Positions 12,332 through 27,961 of a stretch of 64,000 nt of DNA are shown here, piece by piece (the first letter of the stretch is position 1; every line of letters starts with the position of its first letter). The DNA is taken from the NCBI GenBank assembly GCA_013265495.1, contig MU058198.1:7083779-7147778 (forward strand), in the 5' to 3' direction. Origin of the DNA: Vicugna vicugna. Lineage: Eukaryota. The translations under genes were made by a program, and so were the position numbers. The notes beneath the pieces were generated by a model. It searched no databases and was not told the DNA's origin. It saw only the letters and a program-made list of their open reading frames with translations.

Positions 12332-15300
12332 GGTGATTCCTGAACTCAGGGCAGCACAGAGTGTGACAGACAGGCGGGGAGAAAATAAAAGATGGATACA
12401 GGGGCTTGGGATGAGGCTGGCATGAAGACTGGCTGGGAAGGGGGGAATGGATCCTTCCTCCTCCAGCTCAGATTATTCCATCTTTTTGCTGTTCCCACAC
12501 TCACCTCTTCCTTTCTTCCCACCCAGGGCAACACTACCCATCCAGACCTCAACCCTGCCAAGAGATGCTTGGTACAGCTGACCACAGAAGCCCAGGGTTC
12601 TCTGCTGGTTCCTTTTCCTCACTGCCATGATTTACCTCCCCCAGGTTTCCCGCAGTACTGGAAGGGGCTTTAGAGCAAAACTTTCCCAATCTCCAATGCC
12701 CACAGTGTAGGAGGGCGAAGTGAGCTGAGTTGGCAGAGGTGGTCAGTCTCTGGTGGTGCTGTGGTCTTCACCAGCACGGCGGGGAGCAATGGCTCTGAGT
12801 AGCTCCTTGGCTTCTCCAGGGGCAGGCTCCTTTATTTCAGGGGATCCTGAGGGCCTCAGCTGTATTCAAACATTAGCTCACAGCTCAATAATATTTGTAT
12901 GATCTTTGCCTGCACCTCTCCCTTCTTGAGATTTAAGCCATCCTGGGATGAACTGGTCAAACAGGGGCCACCTCCCAAGAAGGCATCCCTGATGGAACTG
13001 ATGCTCCTATAGAATCAGCTGGATTAGAAACACTGCAAAGTATTCTAGTTCTTTCCTTCCCAGTTCTCTCTGGTCTGTTGCCCCCCATGAATCCCTGCTG
13101 TCGTGGATAGGGGTGGGTGGGAAAGGGAGAAGCAGTAAATGAGTATTGGGTTCCATCCACCCTCATTCTACCTGCTTCTGAATCCTGGGTGGTTACATCC
13201 AGTGCTTGGCCTGTTCAGGAATGTCACACCTAAACCCCATCCCTGTCTCCAACGTGCCTTTGACTTTGGACATGTCCCCTGGAGTCACATCAAGGGAACC
13301 AAGTTTATTAGGCAACTCAGAACCTTGCCTTCAGTCTATGGTTCCGCATTTTTGAAGCCACCACTAGAAGGGAGTGGTACCTCATCTACTCCACCATTCA
13401 TCCAGCTTCTAACCTGGGTGAGAGATGGGAAGTGAGGAGCAGAAAGGGGGAGTGGCTTGGCACAGGAAAAAGAGGCAGGAGCCACAAAATTACGGAAGCA
13501 AGATGAAGTCCAAGAGTTTTACTTGATCCACACAATCTGTAAACATTTTTGTTCAGGAATTGTGAGTTTTCATGAACTCTCAATTCTTGCTTTTCTTGAA
13601 GAATGGGGAGCCAGGCCCTATATTCTCACATGGCAAACTGGCTATATCCAAGTAACAGCTGAGCCCTTTGGGTGGGACACAAGCTTTCCTGCTTACCACA
13701 GTCCCAACCACTCCCTGTTGTCTTATATCTGGATCGATGCACTCACATCACCGTGTGGCTCCTGTTCAAAACCTGCCAAGTCAGCATCATCTGACAGAAT
13801 TTTCTCTAACGAGGAAAATATTCCTAATCTGTGCTGTCTTTGGACTGACCACATGTTACCAAACTCATGAAATGTGGCTAGTGTGACTGAGGAACTAAAT
13901 TTTAAATTTTAATTTAAATAGATGTGGCTGATTGATCCCATAGTAGACAGTGTAGCTCTAAGTAGCTGAGTCCCAGATAGGGACGAGTAGTGCAAGGCTA
14001 GTGGTACCATCAGGACAGGAACCCTGATGGAATGCCTGGCAGCATGGTGCACTGGTCAGGGGCATGGGTCAGCCAGACTGCCGGGGCTTACTTACAGTTC
14101 TGATTTGCTGTTTCCCAAAGCCTTATCTCATTTTGAAAGAGGTTACAGTTTTGATCTGTCTTCTTGGTACACTTTCCACATCAGAGGGAGGTTACTCTGC
14201 TCCTTATTCTTTTCATTGCAACTTTGTATGGGATTTGAACTTGATACTTTTCTGTTGCCTGTTTGTGAAGTTAATTTCCCTTAACTTCTCTAACCTCAGA
14301 GCTCCCTCTCCTGTTGATTTCAGGTAGTGTTTGATAATACAGGTGCTGGCTTTCTGCTTTCTGTTCTCCCCACTCTTACCTGGACCTTCGCTTTCCTTCC
14401 CCTCTACTGCCCATCCTGCTCAGCTGTGTTTCTGCTCCCTGGGACAGGGCCCCGTAAGAGCCGCCGAGGGCTATGTCTGCCTGGATCTTGGTTCTAACCC
14501 TTACTGGATGGTTGATCTTAGACAAGTCTCTTGCCTTCCCTATACCCATTTCCTGGCCTATAAATGGAATGGATAAGGCATCAACCCAAGCTATGAGGAC
14601 GGAGTTAATCATTTAGCACTTGGAACAGAGCCTGGCTCTCAGAAGCACTGTGTGGCTTACAGCTGAGGCCGATCTCCTCCACCCACTTAGGGGATGTGAC
14701 CTAGGACCAGAGGCTCCCTATCCCAACTGGCATCTTGGCCGTAATCTTCCCTTGTTTACTGGTCAGGAAGGTGGCAGGTCTTGTGTCGCCCCAGCTGTGG
14801 GTCTAGGGTAGCAAAAGGGCATCCAACAGCCAAGTGAAGCCTCTTCCTGGTTCTCTGCAGGGTGGAAGCTTGGCCAGGAAGCCAGATGGGGGAAGAGGAA
14901 AGGCTAGGGCTGCAGGCGGAAGTGTGGACTGGGCTCTGTGAGGCCCCACAGGGAAGGTTTGAACTCTGGAAGGCCATGCGAGGAAGAAAAGTAGGCTCTG
15001 GGAACAGCCTCCAATGGCTCCTTTGGACCATCCTTCGCCCCCTGCAGCTGAGGCCTCTCCACCATCTGTCACCCAAGCTGGGCCCAGTCAGGGGGGCCGA
15101 GAACCTCGCCCGGCTCAGTGACTCAGCTGAGAGTCATCCTTAAAGATGATCAGGCTGGGCTCCTGCCCTGTTCCGAGGCCAGGCCCTTGCCCATTATCCT
15201 TGTCTCAGTACCAGGACCCAGTCTCACTTCCCTGACCACCCGCCCACCCAGCCCCAAAGCTGTGCCTTCTACTTAGACAACCTGCTAAGTTCACCTGAGA

Positions 15301-16015
15301 ACAGGCTTTGCCATCTCACTCTTGTCATCCCCAAAGTAAAGCCTCAGTAGAGGGCCTCTCAGGGGATCCAGGGAAACCACCTGACATCAGGCAGCATGTT
15401 TGTGACAAGTCTGACTTAGACTTTTGTGGTTTACCAGATGACATGTACAGTTACAGCATTTTACGTCCAATATAAGGTTAAGGATTATGTTGACTTTCAG
15501 AAGGTCCTGCCCAGCCCTGAGTTTAACACCAACTCCCTAAGTCCACCGGGACCTCCCTTGAGTGTCTGCTTCCGAGACCAGCTCCCTAGTCTGCTCTCTG
15601 GGTACATGTCCAGCCTTGCTGATCACACTGACCCTCAAGTGTCATGAGGCTCTTGCATGAACCAGTCAATTTTCATGCAAAGTCTTAGAGACCAGTGGCT
15701 CCCCCACTGTACCCCTCAAAGAAGGAAGGGGTAACAGTTGGATGAGCAGAGAACAAAACAGCCTGTGAGAAGCAGAAGCTGGGTTCATCCTCTAAGAGAA
15801 AACTCTTGACCTGTCTTGGCTCAAAAGTAAACATGCAAAATTTAATAAATGAGTCATAAGTCACTACACATCAGATTTTCAGGGTCAACTGTGAGCAGCT
15901 GACACAGCGAATCTTAAAGAGAAGACGCCTAAGTGATGAGCCATGCTGTGTATTGGTCCGCCGTGAACAGCAACATTGGCATCACCTGGAAGCTTGTTAA
16001 TGCAAAATCTTGGGT

Positions 16016-16017
<2 letters not shown>

Positions 16018-16046
<29 letters not shown>

Positions 16047-16047
16047 C
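16018..16047. repeat. Poly-C (30 nt) inside MER5-like remnants
   Basis: Homopolymer; flanks catcacctggaagcttgtta...acattaaagtatgagcagctctg. Confidence 0.85.
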
Positions 16048-16864
16048 ATGATTTGGGCATACATTAAAGTATGAGCAGCTCTGGTCTAAAACAGCCGCTC
16101 TCAACCTGGACTATACATTAGAACCACCTGGAGATCTTTTAATACCACCCATCTCTGGGGATTGATTTAATTGCTCTGGGGTGGGGTCCAAGCATTGCTA
16201 TATTTAAAACTCTTCCACTGACTCTAATATATAGCAAGGACTGAGTTCCATCACTCCTGATACATTCTTAGGCCGCTTGCTAAGCCTGAGTCTTACTTTC
16301 CTACTAGACAGTGAATTGGGAATAAAAGTGACTCCTCCCTGGAGTTAAAGGGGTTAGAGACTGGAAAGTGTCTAATGCTCAGTATGAGCTCAACAAAAGG
16401 TGGCTAGGAGGAGGAAGACCAAAGATGACCTCAGATTGCAGACTGTTCCTCAAAAGCAGAGAGCCTCATGTATTCTCCAGACCCTCAGCCCCAGGTCCAG
16501 GTAGACCCCTAACCAACACAAGTCCCCTTGTCCCAAACCTTGGGCCCTGGATCCAGGCAGGCTCGAAGTTGGAGGCAAGGTCGCGGGGCCAGCCTTGCCA
16601 CCACCACCTCTATCAAGCTTAGGTTTAGAAAGTGCACAGGAAATTTCAGAACAAACAGGAACTCATCTTTGCCGTTCCCTTTCACTGATTTTAAACATTC
16701 TAGTCTGTTTAGAGAATGTGACAGTCACATTACTCAGGGGCTAGGAAGAGGCTACGTTCACCAGGCAGCTTCCCAAATCAGGGAAATTATTTCCTGCTTT
16801 AGGGGACAACCATGGAAACTCTTGAGAATCTGTCCCACAAAGTCACTTTCTTTTTAATGGCAGT

Positions 16865-16985
16865 TTCTTTTTATTTATGGGGAGAGGTTAATTAGGCTTA
16901 TTTATTTTTTAATGAAGGTACTTGATGAGCCCAGGACGTCATGCATGCTAAGCACACGCTCTACCACTGAGTTATACCCTCCTTC
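16865..16985 (-). mobile_element. Vic-1-like tRNA-derived camelid SINE
   Basis: Minus strand gggtataactcagtggtagagcgtgtgcttagcatgcatg...cctggg (A box) plus AT-rich tail. Confidence 0.8.
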
Positions 16986-17639
16986 CATAAGTCACTTCTT
17001 TTAGCAGCAAAGTTTGAAGAATTTTTCTTCCTAGGAAAATCTTATCTGTGCTCAAATTCAACTGGACCACTTTGCGGGAGCAGCAACTCACTCTGGGGAC
17101 GGAACAGCTCTGCCAGTTGAGGATGCTTGTCGTCCTGTTTCCATCCTACCTCCCAGATGCTGCCAATTAATGCCAGTCATTGAAGGCGAGAGTTGACTAG
17201 AAGTGACCCAGGAACCAGGCTTCAGAACTCCTGATTCAGGTCAGTGTTTTCTAATCCTTTCCAATCATAGGGCTCAGCTGGAGTGTTGATTCTGAGGTCT
17301 CACCCCAGACCCCCTGGGATAAGGTTTCCAGGAGAGAGACTCTAGTATATCTTTAGCAAGTCCCCCCCCGCCCCAAAATAAAACCAGTTCTCACTTAAGA
17401 ACTTAAATCTGTGCCAGGCATTGTGTTAAATGCTTTCATTTAACTCATTTAATCCTAACAAGAACCTAGAAGTTAAGGAATTTGCTCAGGCTCACACCAT
17501 GATCAAAGGACAGAGCCAGAATTCCACCCCAGGTACTGTGAATGCAGCTCCAAACCAGGAAGTAGTGTAGCTTCTCAGGTAGAAGAGTCAATAAGATTCT
17601 GAACTAGAACAAAGACTTAGGGACTTGGGTGAGGCCGGG

Positions 17640-17723
17640 TGCTCTCCAGGAGATAGTGCCAGCAGCAGTTCAAAGGTGAGCATGCTCTCCAGGAGACAGT
17701 GCCAGCAGCAGTTAAAGTGAGCA
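17640..17723. repeat. ~42-bp tandem duplication in MVP intron 1
   Basis: tgctctccaggagatagtgccagcagcagttcaaaggtgagca / tgctctccaggagacagtgccagcagcagttaaagtgagca. Confidence 0.9.
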
Positions 17724-18727
17724 TTTCCTACAACCTGGGTGGCAGCATCCAGCAAGGAGGCTAGAGTTACCTTGGAGCTATCTGCCTTTCCCTGGGCCAG
17801 CTGTTCAAGGTGGCTGCCCTACCTGCTCATGGCTTCAGAGAGCTGCCCTGCCCAGAAAGCCTCACCTGCGGGCAGGCTGGGTGTACTGTGTGCCAAAGGA
17901 GGAAATAGGCAGGAGGTTCCAGGAGTCAGTTGGCACCCCTCGTGCCTTTCCCCCATAAAATCTAGGGGTCCCACCCAGACAAAGTGCAGAGAACACCGGG
18001 TGTACCTGCCTCAGCTATCACCCACCACCCCTCTATGCTTCTAAATCCCCAGAATCACAGGCTGGAGCGTCCAAAAGAACTTCCTGTTTTTACTTCCCAG
18101 TCTGTCCCCGGGGGAGAGAGCAAAAAAAAAAAAAAAAGAAAAAAAAAAACCTTGTTCACCAACTCCATGCCTTCTGGAAATCAAGCCCTCCTTTAATGTC
18201 ACTCTGCCAATGACTTCTCAAGTGATCTGCAAGGCCCACAGTTGGCCTAGCCTCGAGTAGGGGGCGTTTTGGTAGAGTTGAGGAATCTCAACGGGGACAA
18301 ATTCTAAGAGCTCAAGGAGACGGGCCAGAGCTCCAGGGTGGTGGATGGGGTGGGGGCGGAAGGATGAGTATAGCAGGGACCAACCTCACTCCAGGAGGGA
18401 GTCTGAATGGACCCCTTAAGTTCCCTCTGCCCCTGCTGCTGATGTGGGAGCTGGAAGTCAGAGAGGCCTCAGATTTGGGGGGTGGGGGTGTTAGCAAGGT
18501 GTTAGCAAGGTTGATCTCCTTTTATTTCAGAAGCCAAAGGAAACTGCAAGGAGGAAAGCAAAACCTCCCAAGGCTAAGCCTCCACCCATCTTCTCCCCAC
18601 TTTGGTTCAGAGACCAACTGCCCCAGCCGAAGCCAGCCCTGAAGGCAGGACAGAGCTAGAGAAGGCCTTGAGGGACACAAGGCCCCAAAACTGGTTTGGG
18701 GCTTTGGGGTCAGTACGAAGTACTCAC

Positions 18728-18850
18728 ATCCAGAAGTGTGGCTGGCTGCAACAGACTCCTCAGATCGGGAACTCCTTCACCGGGCCCTAGGGAACCCTTC
18801 CCGGCAGGGCAGGGCAGGGCCGACTCGGGGGTGGGGCCTGGGCATTTAAA
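18728..18850 (-). other. MVP: MVP non-coding exon 1 / core promoter
   Basis: Minus strand reads CCCCACCCCCG...GCCCTGCCGGGAAG...GAGTTCCCGATCTGAGG...CACTTCTGGAT|GTGAGT, resembling the human MVP 5'UTR as I recall it; consensus donor; 5' end approximate. Confidence 0.8.
18798..18806 (+). promoter_or_regulatory. GAS/STAT-like site TTCCCGGCA at the MVP TSS
   Basis: One mismatch to TTCNNNGAA; MVP is a known IFN-gamma/STAT1-inducible gene. Confidence 0.5.
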
Positions 18851-19158
18851 GGGCCCCTGCAGCTGGTTCTCATTTTTTTTTTTTTTCTCTCTCTCTCTTC
18901 TGGGCGGCTTCCACTGCAGCTGAAGACACTGCAACTCATTCAGTGCTCAGGAATTCCCGCCTCAGAGCCAGCTGGCAGCGCTGGAGTGAGCCTGGGAAGG
19001 GTCCAAGGCCAGAGACAGGGGGGCAGGTGCTGACTGAGTTCACGTCTACCCCATCTGGCTTTAATTTCCCAATCTAGGTGAGTACAATTCTGCCTTGCCA
19101 CAACTATTTAGGCTCCAGCTGCAGCTCCTCCTCTAAGAGAGGATAACTTGGTATTTTT

Positions 19159-19164
19159 TTTATT
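19159..19164 (-). terminator. Candidate PAGR1 poly(A) signal AATAAA
   Basis: tttatt on + strand about 200 nt past the PAGR1 stop; ATTAAA also at 19060-19065. Confidence 0.55.
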
Positions 19165-19370
19165 TTAAATTCAGACAATTCAGCCCAGGTCTCCAAGCTG
19201 ATGTTCAATAGAAAACAGAAACACACACACGTATGTCCTCTCTCGGGCCAGGTGCTGGGCTGGGAGCTTGGAGTGTCTCTCCTCTTCCCAAGTTTCCCAG
19301 CGCCCTGGGTTAGGGAAGGAGGGCCAAGGCCCCAGCAGGTAAAGACTCTGCACCCTGAAGGCAGCAGTGC

Positions 19371-21385
<2,015 letters not shown>

Positions 21386-21399
21386 ATGCTACTAGGGAA

Positions 21400-22050
21400 G
21401 GGGCCTTGCCACGATAGAAGATGCGAGAATACTAAGCCGGGGGTCCCCCGCCCCCCGAAGGGTGGACGCCCCAGGGGTTTAGGGACTGTCTCTCTAACCA
21501 ATCAAGCTCCAACAGCAGTCTCTGCGACCAGACCGACCGTTCCCAGGAGGGGGCGCTCAGTCCCCTCCAAGGACCCCGCCCCACGGGTCGAGATCGAGTA
21601 CGCAGATGTTCCCAGCGACCGGCAGAAACCACTTTCTGGGCCGGAGAGCGGCGGACCCGATCTTCTCGCCTTCACACCGCCCCTCTTTACAGCTAGATAC
21701 GGGACTCTCTCCCCACACCTCGAAGTTCCGCCTCCCCAGCTGCCGTACGCACCTGGAGCTAAGACCCGCCTCCCGGGCTGCGCAGGGTCACAGTACGCAG
21801 GCGCACAGAGATGGCGCGGGAGGCTCCGCTTTAGTCTAAGCTACTTGGAAGAGGAAGGCAAGGAAAGGCTTGCACATGCGCAGGTAGGGGCTCGGGAATG
21901 ATAGGCTTCGGCCACAGTAAAGATGGCCACAGGGGCGGCGCATGCGCAAACCACCTAGTAGGTTCTGCCGGAAAAGAGGCAGTACGCGGGCTTCCCGGGC
22001 GGGCGCACGCACGTAAGGACCAACTGAGGCTGGAGGCGAGTCTCATGCAG
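21400..22050. promoter_or_regulatory. PAGR1 CpG-island promoter / 5'UTR
   Basis: High CpG density; NRF1 palindrome GCGCATGCGC 21938-21947; YY1-like AAGATGGC near 21919; ETS core CCGGAA near 21968. Confidence 0.75.
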
Positions 22051-22157
22051 TCTCCGTTTATTGGTGTTTCAGACTCATGCAGCATCCGGCATACAAAAAG
22101 GGAGAATTAGTTTGATGAATCTTTTTTTTAAAGACTGTTAGGTTTTTTTCCCTACAG

Positions 22158-22163
22158 TTTATT
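22158..22163 (-). terminator. Candidate PRRT2 poly(A) signal AATAAA
   Basis: tttatt on + strand at the end of a ~1.1-kb 3'UTR; second AATAAA at 22057-22062. Confidence 0.55.
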
Positions 22164-22950
22164 TTAGGAAAAAAAAAAAAACCCGCCAACTCCGAACCGT
22201 GTTGTAGCTCGGTCCCCGCCTCCCCAGCAGACTGTTGCGTGCAACAAACCTCGCTGGTCCTCTAAGAAAATAATTACAGAGCTCTCCGCCTCTACCTCGC
22301 TCCCTTCAGCTGGGAGCTTTGGTCCTATTTGGGAGGTTCTTTCGTTAACAAAGCACGTGAGTGACCCCAGCCCCAACGCTTTTAAGAAACTCGCTGACTG
22401 GGTTAAAAAGCCCAGGTAGGGCAGAAAACTCAGGCTGGCCGGGGAGGGTCAACAACCGCGCCCCTCCCTTCTACCAGGTGCGTTTTCGGCACAACGCTCG
22501 GCACACCTGCACAAGTAGCCAAACGAGGCCTGGCCTGCCAGCTCTACGACCCCGAGGCGCCCTGTGGACGTCTGGACCTGGGTGGTCCCAGCAGAAAACA
22601 GTCGGAGCCCCGGGCTAGGGAGCCCTCTCCTGGCACCACTCCCCTCCCCCAGCCTGATCTAAGTGCTGGAGTTTTTGCAGAATAAACGGTGGAGGAGGGT
22701 GGAGGAGAGGATGCTGAGGGGAGATGAGGAGGCAGGGAGAGGAAGGGGAAGGAGGGTGTGGTGAGGGAAGGGGAGATGAACAAGGAGAGAAGGGAAAAAG
22801 GAATGGAGGAGGATGCGAAGACCATGAAAGTTGGGAAGAGGAGACCAGGGTTGAGGTGCAGGAAGTTCGGGAGGCTATAAGAAGTGCAGGAAGGCCGGGA
22901 GAGATGCAAGGAGGCTGAGAGCAAAGAGAATTTGGGAGATGTTCCAGGAG

Positions 22951-23010
22951 GTTTCCAGAAGTGCAGGGAGGTTTCCAGAAGTGCAAGGAGGTTTCCAGAA
23001 GTGCAGGGAT
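22951..23010. repeat. 20-bp tandem repeat x3 in PRRT2 3'UTR
   Basis: gtttccagaagtgcagggag / gtttccagaagtgcaaggag / gtttccagaagtgcagggat. Confidence 0.9.
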
Positions 23011-23267
23011 AGGGAAGCCAAGAGGCTGGAGGGGATGCAGGCAGAAGTGCAGGGAGGTTGGAAACAGTGCAAGAAGAGAGGCCTACGGTTGGCAGAGGAG
23101 CCTGGCAGGATGCAGGAGCAGGAAAGAAGCTGTAAACAAGGCCGCTCAGGCTCCCTTGGTCCCTATGGGTGCGGGCCTGGACCATGGATTGGGCTCCTCC
23201 CAGGGGAGGATGGGCCCAAGGCAGCTCCCAACAGGAAGAAAAGTCTTGGAATGCAGGGCAGAGCCCT

Positions 23268-24879
<1,612 letters not shown>

Positions 24880-25629
24880 CTTGAGATAAGAGAGGGGAGA
24901 GGGCCTCTGTGGGAAGGATGGAGCAGCAGAGACAGCAGCAAATCCTGGAAGAGGAGGAAACAGGCTCGGTGTGAGAAGAGAAGAGGTGGCTGTCAGCACT
25001 GCAGCCCAAGGGGGCGATGCTCCTGTCTCAGGGCCAGCCTTGGGCTGCCTCTGGAGAAAGGAAAAAAAGTTGGGGTTTCCTTTGCCTTGGGGTGGGACAT
25101 CTCTGGGGAGGAGTGCTCTGCTCAGTCTCCTGGTTGAAGAGCCCTGGGAAGATTAATCCTTTTGTAAACAGGACCTTCCCCATGGTCTCTTCCTGGGTCC
25201 ACCCAATAAGATCCAGACTCTCAGATCCTAGCAGATGCCACAGCACCCCCAAATCAACAAGCTGTTCAGAGACCCATACACTCCCACAGGCAGACTGGAC
25301 AGAGGATCTGATACTCGCATTCCAATCCTTCTGTATCCTCCGCTCTCCCCTGGGCGTCCAGCCGGTGCGGTTTTCTTGCTGCGCGGTTGGGGCGCAGACA
25401 CCCTCCGCCCCTCCCTGGGGAACCTGGTCATCTCCTCTGAGCCCCTTCCCAGCCCCTCTCCCAGGGATTCCCTCGCCCCCAGGGGACCGGCGCTGCCTCC
25501 ACCCATTGGCGTGGCGCACCCAGCACCGTCAGCCAGTCCGCCAGGAACCCGCATTCCAGTGCAGCCCTCTCGGCGTCCGCCGTCTGTCCATCCACTCCTA
25601 CCCGCAGCCTCAGTGCATCCCCGTCTCAC

Positions 25630-25810
25630 CTCGACGCCGGCCTCCAGACTGCTCCCGCTGCTGCCGCCACCGCCACCGCCGTTGCAGCAGCCGCAGCCTG
25701 GGAGGGAGCAAGTCAGCGAGCGAGCGAGGGAGGGAGGTGGCCCCTCTGCTCGTCCCCTCCTCTCCTGCTCTCAGGTCCCCTCCCCTACGCTTCGCTGCCG
25801 CCGCGCACCG
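25630..25810 (-). other. PRRT2: PRRT2 non-coding exon 1 within a CpG island (about 25300-26100)
   Basis: GGC/GCA-rich 5'UTR ending GGCGTCGAG|GTGAGA; 5' end approximate. Confidence 0.75.
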
Positions 25811-26884
25811 CCCCCGCCCCTTGCACGCCTCCTGCCCCTCCCGGCCAGCCCGAGGGAGCCACGCGCGCCAAGCCCCGCGTTACCTGGGCAACCGACCGGG
25901 GGACCACTCGCGCCCGCTCCCTGGCCTTTCCCACGCGCGCCTCCTGGGGGTGCCCCCTTACCATGCCCCGGGCCCCTCCCGCCAACGGTCGCCGGGGGTC
26001 CAGATAGAGCAGAGAGTTTGGGGAAACGGAGAGGGTCTGCGAGAGACAGGACCAGTGAGACGGACAGTACCGGGTGGAGGCACTCCTCTGGGGAGAAAGG
26101 GAAGGGAGATGAGGCGAGGCAAAACTTGGGGAGGCTGCAGAGGATGAGTAGGGTGGGGTTTCAAGAGAAGGGAGCCTGCAGAACAGGAAGTCTATTCCCC
26201 TAGGACACAGCAGCACAAACGGATAGCGGAAAGCTCAAGAAAAGGGTCCCTGAAAGTCAGAGCAAGGACTGGGAAGGGAACTCCAAAATACAGGGCGAAG
26301 GATGCAAGGATGGTCTGGAACGGCAGGAGAGGGCTAGGGCAGAGGAGCCCAAGTGAAAAAGCAGATTGGACCATGGCAAGAATGAAGGGGGCAAGTGAGG
26401 GAGAAGTGCAGTTTTTACCCTCAAACTCATCGTTCCCAGTCCTAGGGCTCACTTGTCCAGCTTTTCTGCAGCTGCATCATCCACCATCACCTCTCAGAGC
26501 CCTAATAAGGGTGTGCAGGTATTTGGCTAGGGTCTGAGCATCAGGCAATGGGTATGGACGGGGAAACAGCACTTATGTCCAGCAACTGTTTGCGTTTCTG
26601 ACCCAGGGCTCTTCAGAGCTCCAGTGGCAATTCTGCGCCTGTCCAGACTGGGTATTCCCCAGAGACCTGGGAATCCTGGAACTTGCTCTCCAGCCACTGG
26701 AGCCTTGGCCTCACCCTGTATCTGGACTGCAGTCACTGGTGCTGCCTCTGAGTAGGGAGGAGCTAGAGCCCCAGAGATGCACAGGGCAGAGCAAGACTGA
26801 GACTGACACCAGGCCCAAGAATCCTCCTGGTGGGTGGGGGCAGGGGGCTTGGTGAGAGCAATTCATGTGAGTCTGAGACAGATT

Positions 26885-26901
26885 TTTATTTAAAATTTAT
26901 T
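26885..26901 (-). terminator. MAZ poly(A) signals (two AATAAA)
   Basis: tttatt at 26885-26890 and 26896-26901, about 0.9 kb after the MAZ stop. Confidence 0.7.
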
Positions 26902-27809
26902 GTAATGGGGTCCGCGCAAAATGGGAGGTGAAGGGTGGGGAACATGCAGGGGACACAGGAACATGATGACACAGCTTCTGTCCTGGGGGAGAGGGATGAA
27001 AACAAAAGGCCAGGGCTGGAGCTGGGGTGGAAGAGGGAAGGGGGAGACACTGCAGCTGCATTCCCCCCGCCCCCAGGAAGCACCTCTAGTCCCTGGATCC
27101 CCCCATTTACCCTGGCCCCCTAAGATTCCATCTCTTGTCCTGCCTCTGGCCCTAGTGGCTCCTTCTTTTGCTCCCCTTGACTTGTTTTCCCCTGACAGAT
27201 TCTCAAGTAGGATGATGTTTAGGGCCTGACCCCAAACAACCCCACCTTATGAAGGTACAATCTTTGCCTTCCCTGCTTCTGCCCCTTCTCAAATCTCACC
27301 TTTTCCCCTCTCTGGGACAGAATCTTTGCTTCCCCTCCTTCCTCTCCTCCCTCCCCCTGGAAAAAAAAAAAAGCACCAACTCCCCAGGGAGGGGCAGCAG
27401 ACAATGGGGAGGGGGGAGACTGGAGGAGAGCAAGAAGGACCATCAAGGGAGAAGGCTCACAAATCCCTGGAAGGGCCGGGCAGGGGGTTACAGAGAGGAG
27501 AGGGAGTGAGGGCAGTGGCTGCTCCTGTCCTCTGCCACCCCTGCCCACTCACTGTCCAGGGGGCTTCAACACAACCGAGGGGACAGGTGTGTGTGGGGTC
27601 AGGTCTGATAGGGAGAAGAGAGGAGCAGGAGAAACAAATCGTTAAAACCTAGTGAATTCCCCTAAGAAAACATTTCTTCCTCCTTTCCTTCTGGAGGCTC
27701 CTTGGTTGGTGTGGGAAGTAGTGAGGAGTTGGTGAGGAGAGAGGGGAAGAGGAGATGGTGTCAAGGAACTTTCCTCCATTCTCCCCTCTCCTCCCCACCA
27801 ACTTGGAGC

Positions 27810-27961
27810 TCACCAGGGCTGGGAGGGAAGTGGCTGAGAGCTCACGGGCACCCCCTCGGCCCCCGAGAGGGAGCCCACAGCTGTGGGAGGGGCTGCCACT
27901 GCTGCCGCCGCCGCTGCTGCTGCCGCCGCCGCTGCTGCCATTGGACACACTTCACCTGTAC
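27810..27961 (-). CDS. MAZ: MAZ last exon coding part
   Basis: GTGEVCPM(A)13VAAPPTAVGSLSGAEGVPVSSQPLPSQPW*. Confidence 0.93.

Noticed and set aside
22951..23010. CRISPR-like short repeats
   Set aside because: Eukaryotic DNA; head-to-tail units with no unique spacers.
24880..24999. N-terminal extension of PRRT2 in the 444-aa ORF
   Set aside because: Crosses the exon-2 acceptor at 24944 into intron; the real start is the ATG at 24879.
25017..26203. Long plus-strand ORFs (376 aa, 322 aa) over the PRRT2 CpG island
   Set aside because: Pro/Arg/Gly-rich low-complexity translations typical of stop-poor GC-rich DNA; no recognisable domain.
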